From NCBI GenBank assembly GCA_964016885.1, contig OZ024740.1, positions 94,736,001 to 94,800,000 on the forward strand: DNA of 64,000 nt. Direction: 5' to 3'. The notes below the pieces were generated by a model. It was not told where the DNA came from, searched no databases, and worked only from the letters and a program-made list of their open reading frames with translations. Position 1 is the first letter of the stretch, and each line of letters opens with the position of its first letter. The position numbers and the translations under genes are program-made. Source of the stretch: Eledone cirrhosa. Its lineage: Eukaryota. Shown here one piece after another: positions 13,990-26,332 of this stretch.

Positions 13990-16945
13990 TGCCAATGGAC
14001 ACGTCGTCCACTCCTTATGACTGGAGATGAAACAGGTGGCTTGCTGGGACAACAATCTGTTGGAGTTTCTGGTGTAGAGACTGTAACCGTATCAATGTTG
14101 GCTTTTTTTAATCTGTCCACGCTGACAGATTATGTTTACCATCTTGATTGAGAATAACATATTTCGGATGTTTTTTAGAACACAATAAGGGCCAGAAGAT
14201 AGAGGTCGAAGATAAGCTGAGATGGTGTCGTTTCTAACGAAAACGTGTGTCCAATCATTAATGTCTGAAGGTACATGGGTTGCCGTGTTCTGTTGACGGG
14301 TCCTTGCATGAGCAAGGTGAGACATATATTGCCGTAGACTGTGTACATATGATCCTGGGTCTGGAAATTCCTGAGGAGAGATACGAGCAACCATCTCACC
14401 AGGTAGAAACAGGGTGGTGCCGTACACTAATTCTGCAGGTGTGTGTCCGAATTCCTCCTAACGGTGGTATGAATGACCAGAAGGATGAATGGCAGGTATT
14501 CAAACCAGTGGGTCTTGTCTGGATATGCTTTTATTGCAACATTCAAATGGCGATAGAATCTTTCCACGATACCATTAGCTTGCGGGACATAAGGTGTCAT
14601 GCGGATGTGTTTACATCCTAACAGGCAAGTCAGTTCTCTGAAAAGGTGGAAGGGAAATCGGCGTCCTCTGTCCGTTGTTATCTTCACTGGGGCGCCATAA
14701 CGTGATACCCAGTGTAAAACCAAAGTTTTAGCGACTGTTTCCGCTGAGCTATCACTTATGGGAAAAGCCTCGGAACAACGGGAAAAACGATATATTCTGG
14801 TGCGCAAGTGTGTGCAGTTCTGTGATGGTGGTAGAGATCCAACGATGTCGATATGCACATGATGAAAACGTGCATCAGGTTGCGCGAATGTGCCGAGTGG
14901 AGTTTTGATGTGTCTGTGGACTTTGGCTTTCTGGCAGCCAATGCATCTCCTCGACCAGTCGCGCACACCCTTGTTAATGTTAGTCCACACAAAACGAGCA
15001 GAGATGAGTATCTGTGTAGCCCGGATTCCCGGGTGAGACAAGCAGTGTAAAGCAGAAACAACTTGTCGACGATGCACCTGTGGTACGTACGGTCGTTCAT
15101 GACCGGTAGAAAGCTCGCACCAAATTTGTCATTGAGAAGAAGGAATGGGAACTTGCTAAAACTTGAGGGATGGCGAATCTCGGAGCTTGATACACACTTC
15201 GTCAGTCTCTTGGTCAGCTGCGATCTGTTGAATGTCGATGCCTGAAAGTACATGCATTGCGTTCAGCTGGATTCGAGACAGGGCGCCGGCTGCTCCGTTG
15301 TCTGATCCCTTGATATGCCGAATATCAGTTGAGTATTGGGAGACAAAATCCAGCTGGCGTAGTTCTCTCGGTAACTGACAATCATGTTTGGTACGGAACG
15401 GATAAACTAGTGGTTTATGATCCGTGTTGATCACGAAATCCAATCCTTGGAGCAGGTTGCAACCGCTTAGAAAAGAATGATAAGGGTTGCCAAACGCCGT
15501 CGACATATTGTTGACAAACGCCTCCAAACCCCGTGTCTGATGCGTTCACTAGCAGCGATAGAGGAGCGGCAGATCTGGGGAAAAACGAGCATAGAAGCGT
15601 TTGCCAATATTTATTTCAAGCGGTTGAAAGATATTAGTTCTTCCTCGTTCAGAGTGATGTTTTCGTTTAAACGAGTCCTGTTGCGAAGAAGGTCCGTGAG
15701 GAGTCTGGCTGCGTCGGCACAATGAATGAAGAGACGCCTATAAAAATTCAACAAACCGAGGAATTCACGCAGTATCCGAACTGATATAGGTGCGAGAAAA
15801 TTGTGGATAGCTTCTACTTTCTCAGGAATGGGGCGAATGCCGTCTTTGTCAATGATGTGCCCGAGATAGGACAATGAAGGAACGCCGAGAAGACACCGGC
15901 TGGGGTTGATGATAATACCGTACTCGGCTAAACGTTGGAAAAGAAGATCTAAGTGCTTCTCGTGTCTTTGCTTGGAAGTACTTACTACTAGCATGTCATC
16001 GATATACGCGTATAGAAAGGGTAGATCTCGTAACACGGTGTCAATAAACCGCTGAAAAGTCTGCGCAGAATGAACGGCATTCGCATGAATTCTAATAAAC
16101 CCAACAGTGTCGTGATTACGGTCTTCAGAACATCAGCAGGCTCCACAGGTAGCTGGTTATATGCACGTACCAAATATATGTTGGAAAAGATGCGTGCGCT
16201 TTGCAGAGAGACAGAAAAGTCATACAAGTGAGGGACAGGGTAATTATCGGGTACTGTTGAATTGTGTGAGCGCACGATACTCCCCACATGGTCGCCAATC
16301 ATTCTCTGTTTCCTTAGGAATAAGGTGTCCGGGTGCAGACCAGTTGTTGCAGGAAGAGCGAATGATTCGAAGGTCTAGCATGTGTTGAAACTCCTGTTTG
16401 GCGATTCTCAATCGGTCTGGAGGCAGTCGCCTTTGTCGGGCAGCTATGGGTGGTCCTCTTGTCTCGATATAATGGGGGACACTATGTTTAATAGGTCCAT
16501 CCTTAAATACAGGGCAAGTGATGCTTGGGTATTTCTGGAGAATACAGTTGTAACGCGAAGGCTATGATTGGCAAATTACAGGGCTCACTGTGAATTGCGT
16601 GGTAAATATACCACTCACAGTGATGTTTGTGGTGGTGTCAATGAGCCTACCGGTCTTCATGTCCAAGAGAAGTTTGAAGTGGTTGAAAAATCGGCTTCTA
16701 AGATAGGGGTCACTAGGTCTGCCACGACGAACACCCATTGAAAACGACGTCTCAGGTCTACATTGAGGGTCAGTGATTTCTCTCCGAATGTCAGAATTGA
16801 CGATAGGTTCACTGCTTTCAGAAAGGACGGTGTTGGATATCTTTTGCCCTAGACTAGTGAAACAGGAAGAAAATTAACCTGGGCTCCTGTATCCACGAGG
16901 TAACGGATTCCTGTCGCTTGGTCGTTGATAAAAAAACAGACGATT
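13990..16945 (-). pseudogene. pol: Gypsy pol pseudogene (protease, RT, RNase H, integrase) with multiple frameshifts
   Basis: YLVDTGAQV (protease, ~16890); YAYIDDMLV (RT); TDHKPL and HIKGSDN (RNase H); HCLSHPG..CIGCQ, HIDIVG, TTDRG, NGIVER (integrase); C-terminal RSGRRVHW. Confidence 0.92.
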
Positions 16946-16977
16946 TCACTCCTCTGTACCAGGGGTGAAAGTCGTGG

Positions 16978-17260
16978 CTAGGCCCTGGTCTGCACGTCTC
17001 CCAGGGTGGTATTCTGGAAAGACCACGGGGCCTTGCACTTAGATGCCTGAGCGCCGAATTCTGCGTGATACCAGCAAAGGTTGCCAGACACACGATTTTG
17101 CCTTGGACTTCTGGATCTTCGACGGTGAAAGGGCCTGGATCGACTGTTGCTGCCTCGCCGGTATATTCGAGAGGGCTTTAATTTGACCAGCCCGCTCTCT
17201 GATCATAACCCGCAGTTCTGAAATTTGTGCCTCTGTCGTTGGTTGTGACATGTTCATATT
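16978..17260 (-). pseudogene. gag: C-terminal gag remnant with CHCC-type zinc knuckle
   Basis: Minus-strand translation GNLCWYHAEFGAQASKCKAPWSF (Cx2Hx9Cx3C with the last C mutated to W); the N-terminal gag is missing. Confidence 0.8.
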
Positions 17261-17282
17261 GGTTTTTTGTTAGGTTGTGTCT

Positions 17283-17314
17283 GGTCGCGTGTTCGAATCA
17301 CGTCGGGGTCACCA
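17283..17314 (-). promoter_or_regulatory. Primer-binding site complementary to the tRNA-Trp 3' end (extended, 32 nt)
   Basis: + strand GGTCGCGTGTTCGAATCACGTCGGGGTCACCA matches the metazoan tRNA-Trp T-arm, acceptor stem and CCA; it abuts the 5' LTR. Confidence 0.88.
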
Positions 17315-17316
17315 AT

Positions 17317-17779
17317 TTTAGCGACGGTGTTAGTCGGTTTTGTCACTACTTCTGATCGGATCTGAGAATAGCCCTTAAAAGGACTGTTATCACATACTGT
17401 CTGACCAGATCTGAGCTTAAAAGGGCTATTGTCTCATACGTTAAGGATGAACAGACGAAGGTAGAAGTTGAAAGGACAAGCAAGGCGAGAGATGTAGTTT
17501 CGGTCAGCTATTTAGTTTCATACATAAAGCGACGCTATAGAGGTACAATGCGTGTTTGAGTGACAAGTGTGACAGAGGAGAAGAACAACGATACGCGAGC
17601 TGACTCTGCCAAATGTCGACTGGCGAAAGTGTTTGGAACCACAATATTTATACAAAAATAATCGTTTGATGTTTAGCCGATGCGTAGGCTTAAGGGTAGT
17701 TTGTTTCACGGGGAGTTAGCTAGCTAAGCAGGTAGATAGTGTTGTTTATTTCACATATTTTATTTCCGGTGGCTGTACA
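17317..17779 (-). repeat. 5' LTR of the Gypsy element
   Basis: Direct repeat of 12596-13044, adjacent to the PBS. Confidence 0.88.
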
Positions 17780-17811
17780 CACACACTCACACACACACAT
17801 ATATATATGAG

Positions 17812-19467
17812 AGACGTAAAATAAGAAAATTATAAAATGAACTTACTTATTATAATTTCACTCCCAACTAATTAGTTTTTGAAAGGGAATAAATATATTT
17901 TCCGAAGAAAATATGGAGAAGCCTTTCGTCGTCAGGGAAGTCTATTATCAGCTAAGTTTCCAGCCAAAGCGTGGATTCTGGGAACTTATGCAAAAATAAT
18001 TCAGTGGATAGAAAATAGCAAAGCGTGGACTGAATTCCTAGCCATTGAGAAAATCACTGCCTACTGCGTCAGTGGCAAATTCAAAAAGAATCAATCACGT
18101 GACATCGAGGTCAATCAGTGGAAAGTGGTTTGTTAAGAAGACAGCAGCCTGCCTGCTACCATAGGAGCAGTCTTGGCCAATATTGCTCGACAAATAATTT
18201 GGAGATAATTATAAAGTATTAATATTTATTCCCTTTCAGAAACTAATTAGTTGGGAGTGAAATTTTAGTAAGTTAATTTTATAATTTTCTTATTTTACGT
18301 CTCTCATATTATTGTTGTGCAACCCCATGCATTGAACCACAAAGTTACTAAGACTAAACCTATGTATTTGCTAGCATTGGTATGCATATGTGTGTATATA
18401 TATGTTACTAGATATATTAATTCTTTATAATAATCTCCAAATTATTTGTCGAGCAATATTGGCCAAGACTGCTGCTATGGTAGCAGGCAGGCTGCTGTCT
18501 TCTTAACAAACCACTTTCCACTGATTGACCTCGATGTCACGTGATTGATTCTTTTTGAATTTGCCACCGACGCAATAGGCAATGATTTTCTCAATGACTA
18601 GGTATTCAGTCCACGCTTTGCTATTTTCTATCCACTGAATTATTTTTGTATAAGTTCCCAGAGTCCACGCTTTACCAGGAAACTTAGCGGAGAATAGACT
18701 TCCCTGACGACGAAAGGCTTCTCCATATTTTCTTCGGAAAGTATATTTATTCCCTTTCAGAAACTAATTAGTTGGGAGTGAAATTTTAGTAAGTGAATTT
18801 TATAATTTTCTTTTTTACGTCTCTCATATTATTGTTCTGAAACCCCATGCATTGAACCACAAAGTTACTAAGACAAAACCTATGTATTTGCTAGCATTGG
18901 TATGCATCTGTTTGTATATATATGTTACTAGATATATTAATTCTTTATAATAATCTCCAAATTATTTGTCGAGCAATATTGGCCAAGACTGCAGCTATGG
19001 TAGCAGGCAGGTTGCTGTCTTCTTAACAAACCACTTTCCACTGATTGACCTCGATGTCACTTGATTGATTCTTTTTGAATTTGCCACCGACGCAGTAGGC
19101 AGTGATTTTCTCAATGGCAAGGAATTCAGTCCACGCTTTGCTATTTTCTATCCACTGAATTATTTTTGTATAATTTCCCAGAGTCCACGCTTTGCCTGGA
19201 AACTTAGCTGAGAATAGACGTCCCTGACGACGAAAGGCTTCGCAATATTTTCTTGGGAAAATATATTTATTCCCTTTCAGAAACTAATTAGTTGGGAGTG
19301 AAATTTTAGTAAGTAAGTTAATTTTATAATTTTTTTATTTTACGTCTCTCATATTATTGTTCTGCAACCCCATGCATGTAACCACAAAGTTACTAAGACA
19401 ATACCTATGTATGTGCTAGCATTGGTATGCATCTGTGTGTATATATATGTGACTAGATATATTAATT

Positions 19468-19475
<8 letters not shown>
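17812..19475 (+). mobile_element. Non-coding inverted plus tandem array of a ~520-bp unit with an HHR-like motif
   Basis: 17812-18225 is inverted; ttattccctttcag recurs at ~18226, 18747 and 19267; CTGACGA-CGAA...TTCG-GAAA at ~18704 and ~19224; ends in (TA)n. Confidence 0.8.
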
Positions 19476-19518
<43 letters not shown>

Positions 19519-19521
<3 letters not shown>

Positions 19522-22395
19522 TAATCCTGGGTATGACATCAAACTACATCAAGTGGCAAGGCTCCAGTTCGGGAGTTCAGGAGCTGTGGGGAATGTGGAG
19601 TTATCCATTAGTTGTCATGACTCCCAGGTCTGCCCTGGCCCGGGATGGTAGTACCTGTTAGGGCTCAATTTATGGGTTAAATAATTACCTTATTCGAGTG
19701 GCGCCGGTAAGGTATTGTAAGCCATTGAAAAGAAATATGGAGAGTCGATCTAACAGCACTAGGGTTAGAGCCCCTAATTACATTGTCAAGGAGCAGCCTG
19801 GTCGTTATGACTCTGCTGGCTTAGATTCACAGAGAGGGCCAGTGGATGATGGATCACCTGTCTCTGAGACAAATATAAAGAATGCAGTTTTGTCCTGGAG
19901 AAGAGCCATCAAAATATGCACTTTGAATGTGAAGACTATTCGGACGCTGGAGAAGAGAGAGGAGTTGGGACATTTGTTCGAGGAGAGTGGTATACAGATA
20001 CTTGCGATCCAAGAACACAGGATTCTACACGATGAGCCCGTGAGGAGTGTGATGATAGGGAAGAAGAGCCAGCTCATCCCTACATCGGCAGTGAAGAACA
20101 CAACAAATGCTGCAGTAGGAGGAGTGGGTTTTGTGTTTAGTGCAAAAACCAATCTGTTGGTGAGGGGAAATAATGCCTATCTCCCCGCGAGTGTTGAGGG
20201 TGACCTTCAATGGAAACCCAAGACTGACAGTCATCTCAGCCTAAAGTCCAACCGAGGGGGACAGTGATGTGAATGCGGAAGTGTTCCATAAGGAGGTGTG
20301 TAGAGCTGTCAACACCACTCAGGCACACAATGTCCTGCCTGCTTTGGGGGACTTCAATGCACATCTGTGTAAGGAGGGCAGTGAAGATCCTTGCTGGTAC
20401 TTCCATAACAACACCAATCGAAATGGAAGACTAATGAGAGACACCCTGCTGGAGGCGAACTTGATGGCGACCAACCTAAGGTTTAGGAAGAATCTGGGGA
20501 AGATGTGGACCTACATCTCAGATATGCACCTGTCCAAGTCCCAGATTGATTTCATTCTGGTGAGGAAAAAGTGGCGAAATAGTGTTCTGAACACGGAACC
20601 ATACAGCTATTTCAGTACACTGGGTAGTGACCACCGGCTTGTTATGAGTGAGGTCCGCGTGTGTTTAAGAAAGAGCAAGGCTCAGCCCCGGAGAACAATC
20701 TATGACTGCGGAGCTTTCAAGGAAGATGTTAAGCTACAGGAGAGGTCCACAGTGGAAGTGAGAAACAGGTTTAGTGCTCTGTGTGGAGAGTCGGAGGAGA
20801 GAGAGATTGGATGGACTGGGGAGAGTGTGACGAGGAGGTGCGGGCACTTCACCAATGCAGTGGCGGAAGCAAGTGAAACCCTGGTGCCGAGGAAAAAGAA
20901 CAAAGGGAAGCACGTCAGCTCTGCAAACCCAGAAGTGTGTGCAGCCAGAGAACACCTGAAAGCTGCCAGAGACCAATTCTATGCTGATCCTACGGAGGAG
21001 AGGATGGAGACTGTGGAGTTGATGAGGGAAGAGCTCTGTACCGCGTACACTGAGGTCAGAGAGGAGGCACTGATAGAGAAGATCAGAAGTGTGGAGAGAG
21101 CGGTTGACAGATCTGGATGTAAGGAGAGCTGGATGATGATCAACGAGGTCACAGGGAGGAAGAGAAGGTGTTCGAGTCAGATCCAGGGAACGGGGCCCGA
21201 GGATAGTAAGAGGAAATGGCTAGACCATTTTAGGACCCTACTAGGAGAGCCACACTCGACAGCCCAGTGCACTGGGGAGATCAGGCGGCTGTTTGAGGAA
21301 CTGGATGTTGAGACAGAGCCCTTCACCAGAGAGGAGCTTCAGAGAGCCAAGAAGAGGATCAAGGAGGGCAAGGCTCATGGAGAAGATGGAGTGGCATGAG
21401 AGGTGATGAAGAGGTGTGATTTTGATGATATCATCCTGGGGTTCTGTAACGGGGCACTGGAGAAAGGAGTTGCCTCGAATCAGTGGAGGATCAGTAACAT
21501 CGTCCCAGTGCCAAAGAAGGGAGATCTCTCTAACACCAACAACTACCGGGGGATCTCACTGACGTCACTTGTGGCAAAGACCCTCAACAGGATGATTCTT
21601 AACAGGATCCAGCCTAAGATGGAGAAGAAGCTCAGGGTCAACCAGAACGGCTTCAGAGAGGGTAGATCAAGCACCAGTCACATCCTGATGCTGAGGAGGT
21701 AATTAGAGGGAGTTAGAGCAAAGGGCCTTCCTGCGGTCATGGTTTTCATTGACTTTAGGAAGGCCTTTGATTCTGTGGACCGTTACTGCCTGATGAAGAT
21801 CTTACAGGCTTATGGAATCCCCAAGAATATAGTGGACCTGATATCACTGCTCTACACCAACACCAAAGCCCAAGTCATTACACCTGATGGGATGACAGAG
21901 TTCTTTGAGATACTGGCTGGAGTGCTCCAGGGAGATACATTGGCTCCCTACCTTTTAATCATCGTGGTGGACTATTGTATGCGCCTTGTACTGGAGAAAC
22001 ACCAAGACTCTGGCTTTACTGTAGCACCGGCTCAGAGCAGGAGAGTTAGGGCGAAAAAGGTATCGGATGCTGAATTTGCCGATGACATAATTTTGGTGAC
22101 AAATACAGTGAAGGAGGCAGAGGATTTGATGCGGGAGGTTGAGACTGTGTCGATGAGTGTAGGGCTGAGAATGAATGAGACTAAAACAAAATATCTGGTA
22201 GAGAATGTTGAGAAGCCAGAGGGGATCACTAATGTAGGCGGAAAGCCGCTGGAATTGGTTGAGGACTTCCTGTATTTGGGAGCAAAGTTTGGGAATATGG
22301 AGGAGGATGTGGTTGAGAGGAAGAAGAAGGCCTGGGCGGCGTGCCACAGCTTGAGATCGTTGTGGAAGTCGGACCTTCGTAGAGACCTGGAGGTT
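19519..22395 (+). mobile_element. RTE-type non-LTR retrotransposon (APE endonuclease + RT), 5' intact and 3' truncated
   Basis: APE motifs ICTLNV, LAIQEHR, LGDFNAH, QIDFIL, SDHRLV; RT motifs VPVPKKGD, NYRGISL, FIDFRKAFDSV, GVLQGDTLAP, FADD, FLYLG; frameshift ~20150-20270 and stops at 21397 and 21700. Confidence 0.93.
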
Positions 22396-22810
22396 TGGAG
22401 TCTTCCGAGCAATGTTTTCAATGATTGTTTACATACATGACCTCCTTTCCAACACAAGAGACTTCCTGAAACATATGTATATATCGATGTACAGTGGGGT
22501 GACATCCATTATAATATTTTTGCATGGCAATTTACATGCAAAATAAAAATCATATTAAAAGATAATTAAAACAAAGTTAAAGTTAAAATACAACATCGGC
22601 AGTTTACGAAGATAATGCAAGAAGTTAGTTTGAAGTAGTTAGTGTATGCAATAGTTACACGTGGGGCATGCACGTGTGTCTTATTTATATAAGATTAATG
22701 TGCGGCAAGATGTTATATGCAATATAAGCATTTTTAGCGGGTAAAAAAACCTCGGTTTGGACGAAACAATCGTAAGCTAATATATGGTTTGAACAGAACT
22801 TTAATTCATG

Positions 22811-23006
<196 letters not shown>

Positions 23007-23629
23007 TAACAAATATAAACTATATTTATAGAACCATATTTATTTTATTATACATATTTCAACAGCCGCAAAGGCAAATTATGGGTACGAATACAATGTT
23101 CACATCAAAATTCATATCGAGTGTTATAGAGTTAGCTTCTTAGGTCTGTGTACAACGGGAAGTAATTCCGGTGTTAATTTTTTCAGGGTATGTCAATATT
23201 TATTTATAAAACTAATCTTTATTGTATTTTATCTAATGAAAGCGCACTATAATTTCCCTTGGTGGCCCTTGAAATATGTATAAGAAAATAAATATGGTTT
23301 TATAAATATAGTTTCCTTTTGTTAATATATTGTATATTTACTCCAATAATCTGTTGAGTGTTTTATATGAGTTATACAAATATGTTTAAGCTTGTTGTAT
23401 CCCAACAAATTGAATATATATATATGTATATAATAAAATGTTATAGTATTGTGAGAGAGAATATAGAGAGAAGAAGGGAAGGAACGTAATAGGAGGACAC
23501 GATACAGATAATTAATTGACAGCAGCAAGTGCTTTAGTGCTCGATGATTATACAGACGGGGTTAAACGTTAGAAGCATTAATATCTAGTGTGCGAAGATA
23601 AGCATAGCAATTATAATCGAAGAAAATGA

Positions 23630-24195
23630 AAGTATGCATCTGTGTATATATATGTTACTAGATATACTAATTCTTTATAATTATCTCCAAATTATTTTGT
23701 CGAGCAAAAATTGGCCAAAACTGCTACTATAGTAAGGGTCCGGCTGGTGTCTTCTTAACAAACCACTCTTCACTGATTGACCTCGATGTCACGTGACTGA
23801 TTCTTTTGAATTTGCCACCGACGCAGTAGGCAGCGATTATTTCAATGGCTTGGAATTTAGTCCACGCTTTGCTTTTTTCCATCCACTGAATTATTTCTGT
23901 ATAAGTTCCCTGCGTCCACGTATTGCCTGGAAACTTAGCTGAGAATAGACTTCCCTGATGACGAAAGGCTTCTCCACCGTTTCTTCGGAAACTCTGTTTA
24001 TTCCCTTTCAGAAACTAATTAGTTGGAGTGAAATTTTAGTAAGTAAGTTAATTTTATAATTTTCTTATTTTACGTCTCTCATATTATTGTTCTGCATCCC
24101 CATGTATTGAACCACAAAGTTACTAAGACAAAACCTATGTATTTGCTAGCATAAGTATGCATCTGTGTATATATATGTTACTAGATATACTAATT

Positions 24196-24200
<5 letters not shown>
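23630..24200 (+). mobile_element. Further copy (~1.1 unit) of the 520-bp family at 17.8-19.5 kb
   Basis: Colinear match; core CTGATGA-CGAAAGG...TTCG-GAAA at ~23955. Confidence 0.85.
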
Positions 24201-24267
<67 letters not shown>

Positions 24268-24439
24268 CAATTAGGTATGTTTTGAAACAATGAGCAGGTT
24301 TGAAATTAGAAAATAGAATAGCTTTTACCGTATCTTTGACTAAATACATTTGTGTGTGATAATGGGGTTTAGAACCCTCAGATAAATGGAAAAAGATGAG
24401 TATCGACGTATGTCAATATTCATCTATTTCCATTTATTC

Positions 24440-24981
24440 ATAATGGTATTAGAATGAAATAGTATGGTAGAATATTAAATGTTAAGTGTTAATTGAACAA
24501 GCACTTTCATGCTTACCATCTTCAGGTACATATTCTGTGGTGACAGTCAAGTTTGCAATTTTCAACTGTAATGATTTGGGTAAATTTCGTGCGTTGTATA
24601 CAGTGACAAGTGGCTACAGAATGCTAAATCTTGCAAACTGTATTTCGACCAATCGGTGTGTAAGATTCATTGTATTACTAAAGATGATTCGTTTAGACGT
24701 CACGGTTGGTTGAGCATGTCTAATGACTACTAATTGACCCTATCCAAAGCATCAATTCTTTTGCTATTTTTTGAAATGATGAAAATAGTATTTTCTTGTA
24801 ATCATCACCATCAACATCACTTTTATTATTATTATTAGTGTTGTTGTTAGTGGTCGTAGTCATAGTCATTCTAATACCATTATAGATTTTAAAGGATTGT
24901 AAATAAAACCAGTAAATCAGTCGAAGTTGGAAGTCCTTTTTATTAATATAATCTTCTATTCACAATCATACACACCGGTGT

Positions 24982-24985
<4 letters not shown>
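24440..24985. repeat. Split inverted remnant of the family at 41530-41865, with an HHR-like motif
   Basis: 24440-24590 on - reads CTGAAGA-TGGTAAGCAT-GAAA-GTGCTT; 24868-24985 matches the 41.8-kb arm. Confidence 0.65.
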
Positions 24986-25054
<69 letters not shown>

Positions 25055-25059
25055 TCTCT

Positions 25060-25094
<35 letters not shown>

Positions 25095-25100
<6 letters not shown>

Positions 25101-25860
25101 TGAATGTATATATAGTGTACTTTGCAATACACTGTATGCTTAATTAAAAGCAGTTCAAAGACATTACGCTACTGTTTTATAGTAGTGACAGACTCACTTA
25201 CTTTAAATTTTCAGTAAACAGGGGAGATAAAGCTGACAGAGCTCTGTTCCGTACTTTTTTGGTACTTATCAAAGCTAATTACACCACCTGTTTGCTGAAC
25301 ATCAAGAATGTTTGATTCTTATAGAATTCTAGTAATAATCAGGAACTGATTATACAGAGCGGTTGCCGGTCAAGCAGAATTTGAAAATTAGTATTTTTGC
25401 TTAAAATTTAACGTGAGTGAGACTGTCACTACTCTAAAACAATAGCGTAAGGTCTTCTAAATGCTTTTAATTAAGCATACAGTGTATTGCAAAATACACT
25501 ATATATACATTCATATATATAACGCTATTTCAGAGCACCAATACTAATTTTCAATTTCTTCATGACCGGCAACCGCTCTGTATAATCAGTTCCACGTTAT
25601 TACTAGAATTCTATAAGAATCAGACATTCATGATTTTCAGCAAACAGGTGGAGTACTTAGCTTTGATATGTACCAAAAAGTACGAAACAGAGCTATGTCA
25701 ACTTTATCTCCACTGTTTGTGAACATTTAAAGTAAGTGAGACCGTCACTACTCTAAAACAATGGCGTAAGGTCTTCAAAATGTTTTTAATAAAGCATACA
25801 ATATTGCAAAATACATTATATATACATTCATATATATATCGCTATTTCAGAGCCCAAATT
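25095..25860 (+). mobile_element. Inverted plus tandem array of a ~320-bp unit with an HHR (U3:A8 core)
   Basis: 25095-25395 is inverted; gtgagac(t/c)gtcactactc at ~25417 and ~25736; HHR at 25231-25276 (-) and 25658-25703 (+). Confidence 0.85.
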
Positions 25861-25903
<43 letters not shown>

Positions 25904-25909
<6 letters not shown>

Positions 25910-26210
25910 ATACTTTGGGAGGGTGATGTTGCCAATAAGAAACACACGCACCAGTTGCTTTCACTTCAATTTATTATATATTTATAAATTTATAAATTTA
26001 CAAATCTACAAGCTTATAAATTTCTGGTTGGTTGGTTCCACAACCAGATAGTTGTTAGATTTCGAAATTTATAAATGATATTTGTAAATTTATAAATGAT
26101 AGTTTGTAGATTTGTAAATTTATAAATTTATAAATATATAATAAATTGAAGTGAATGCTACTGGTGCGTGTGTTTCTTATTAGCAACATGACCCTCCCAA
26201 AGTATAACAA
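25904..26210. repeat. Fold-back element with ~105-bp arms between (TA)n tracts
   Basis: attgttatactttgggaggg...pairs with ...ccctcccaaagtataacaat. Confidence 0.85.
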
Positions 26211-26269
26211 TATCGGTTTCAACACACGATTTCAGATAAAGAATCTTGCTAAACAAATACAGAAACGAA

Positions 26270-26305
<36 letters not shown>

Positions 26306-26332
26306 CTATTATATATATATATATATATATAT

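Larger units (their letters stand above)
12596..17779 (-). mobile_element. Decayed Ty3/Gypsy LTR retrotransposon (CsRn1/Kabuki-like)
   Basis: Two diverged ~450-bp LTRs, tRNA-Trp PBS, Gag knuckle CWYHAEFGAQASKCKAP, domain order PR-RT-RH-IN. Confidence 0.93.

Noticed and set aside
17283-17314. tRNA-Trp gene
   Set aside because: Only the 3' part is present, it includes encoded CCA and it abuts an LTR, so it is a PBS
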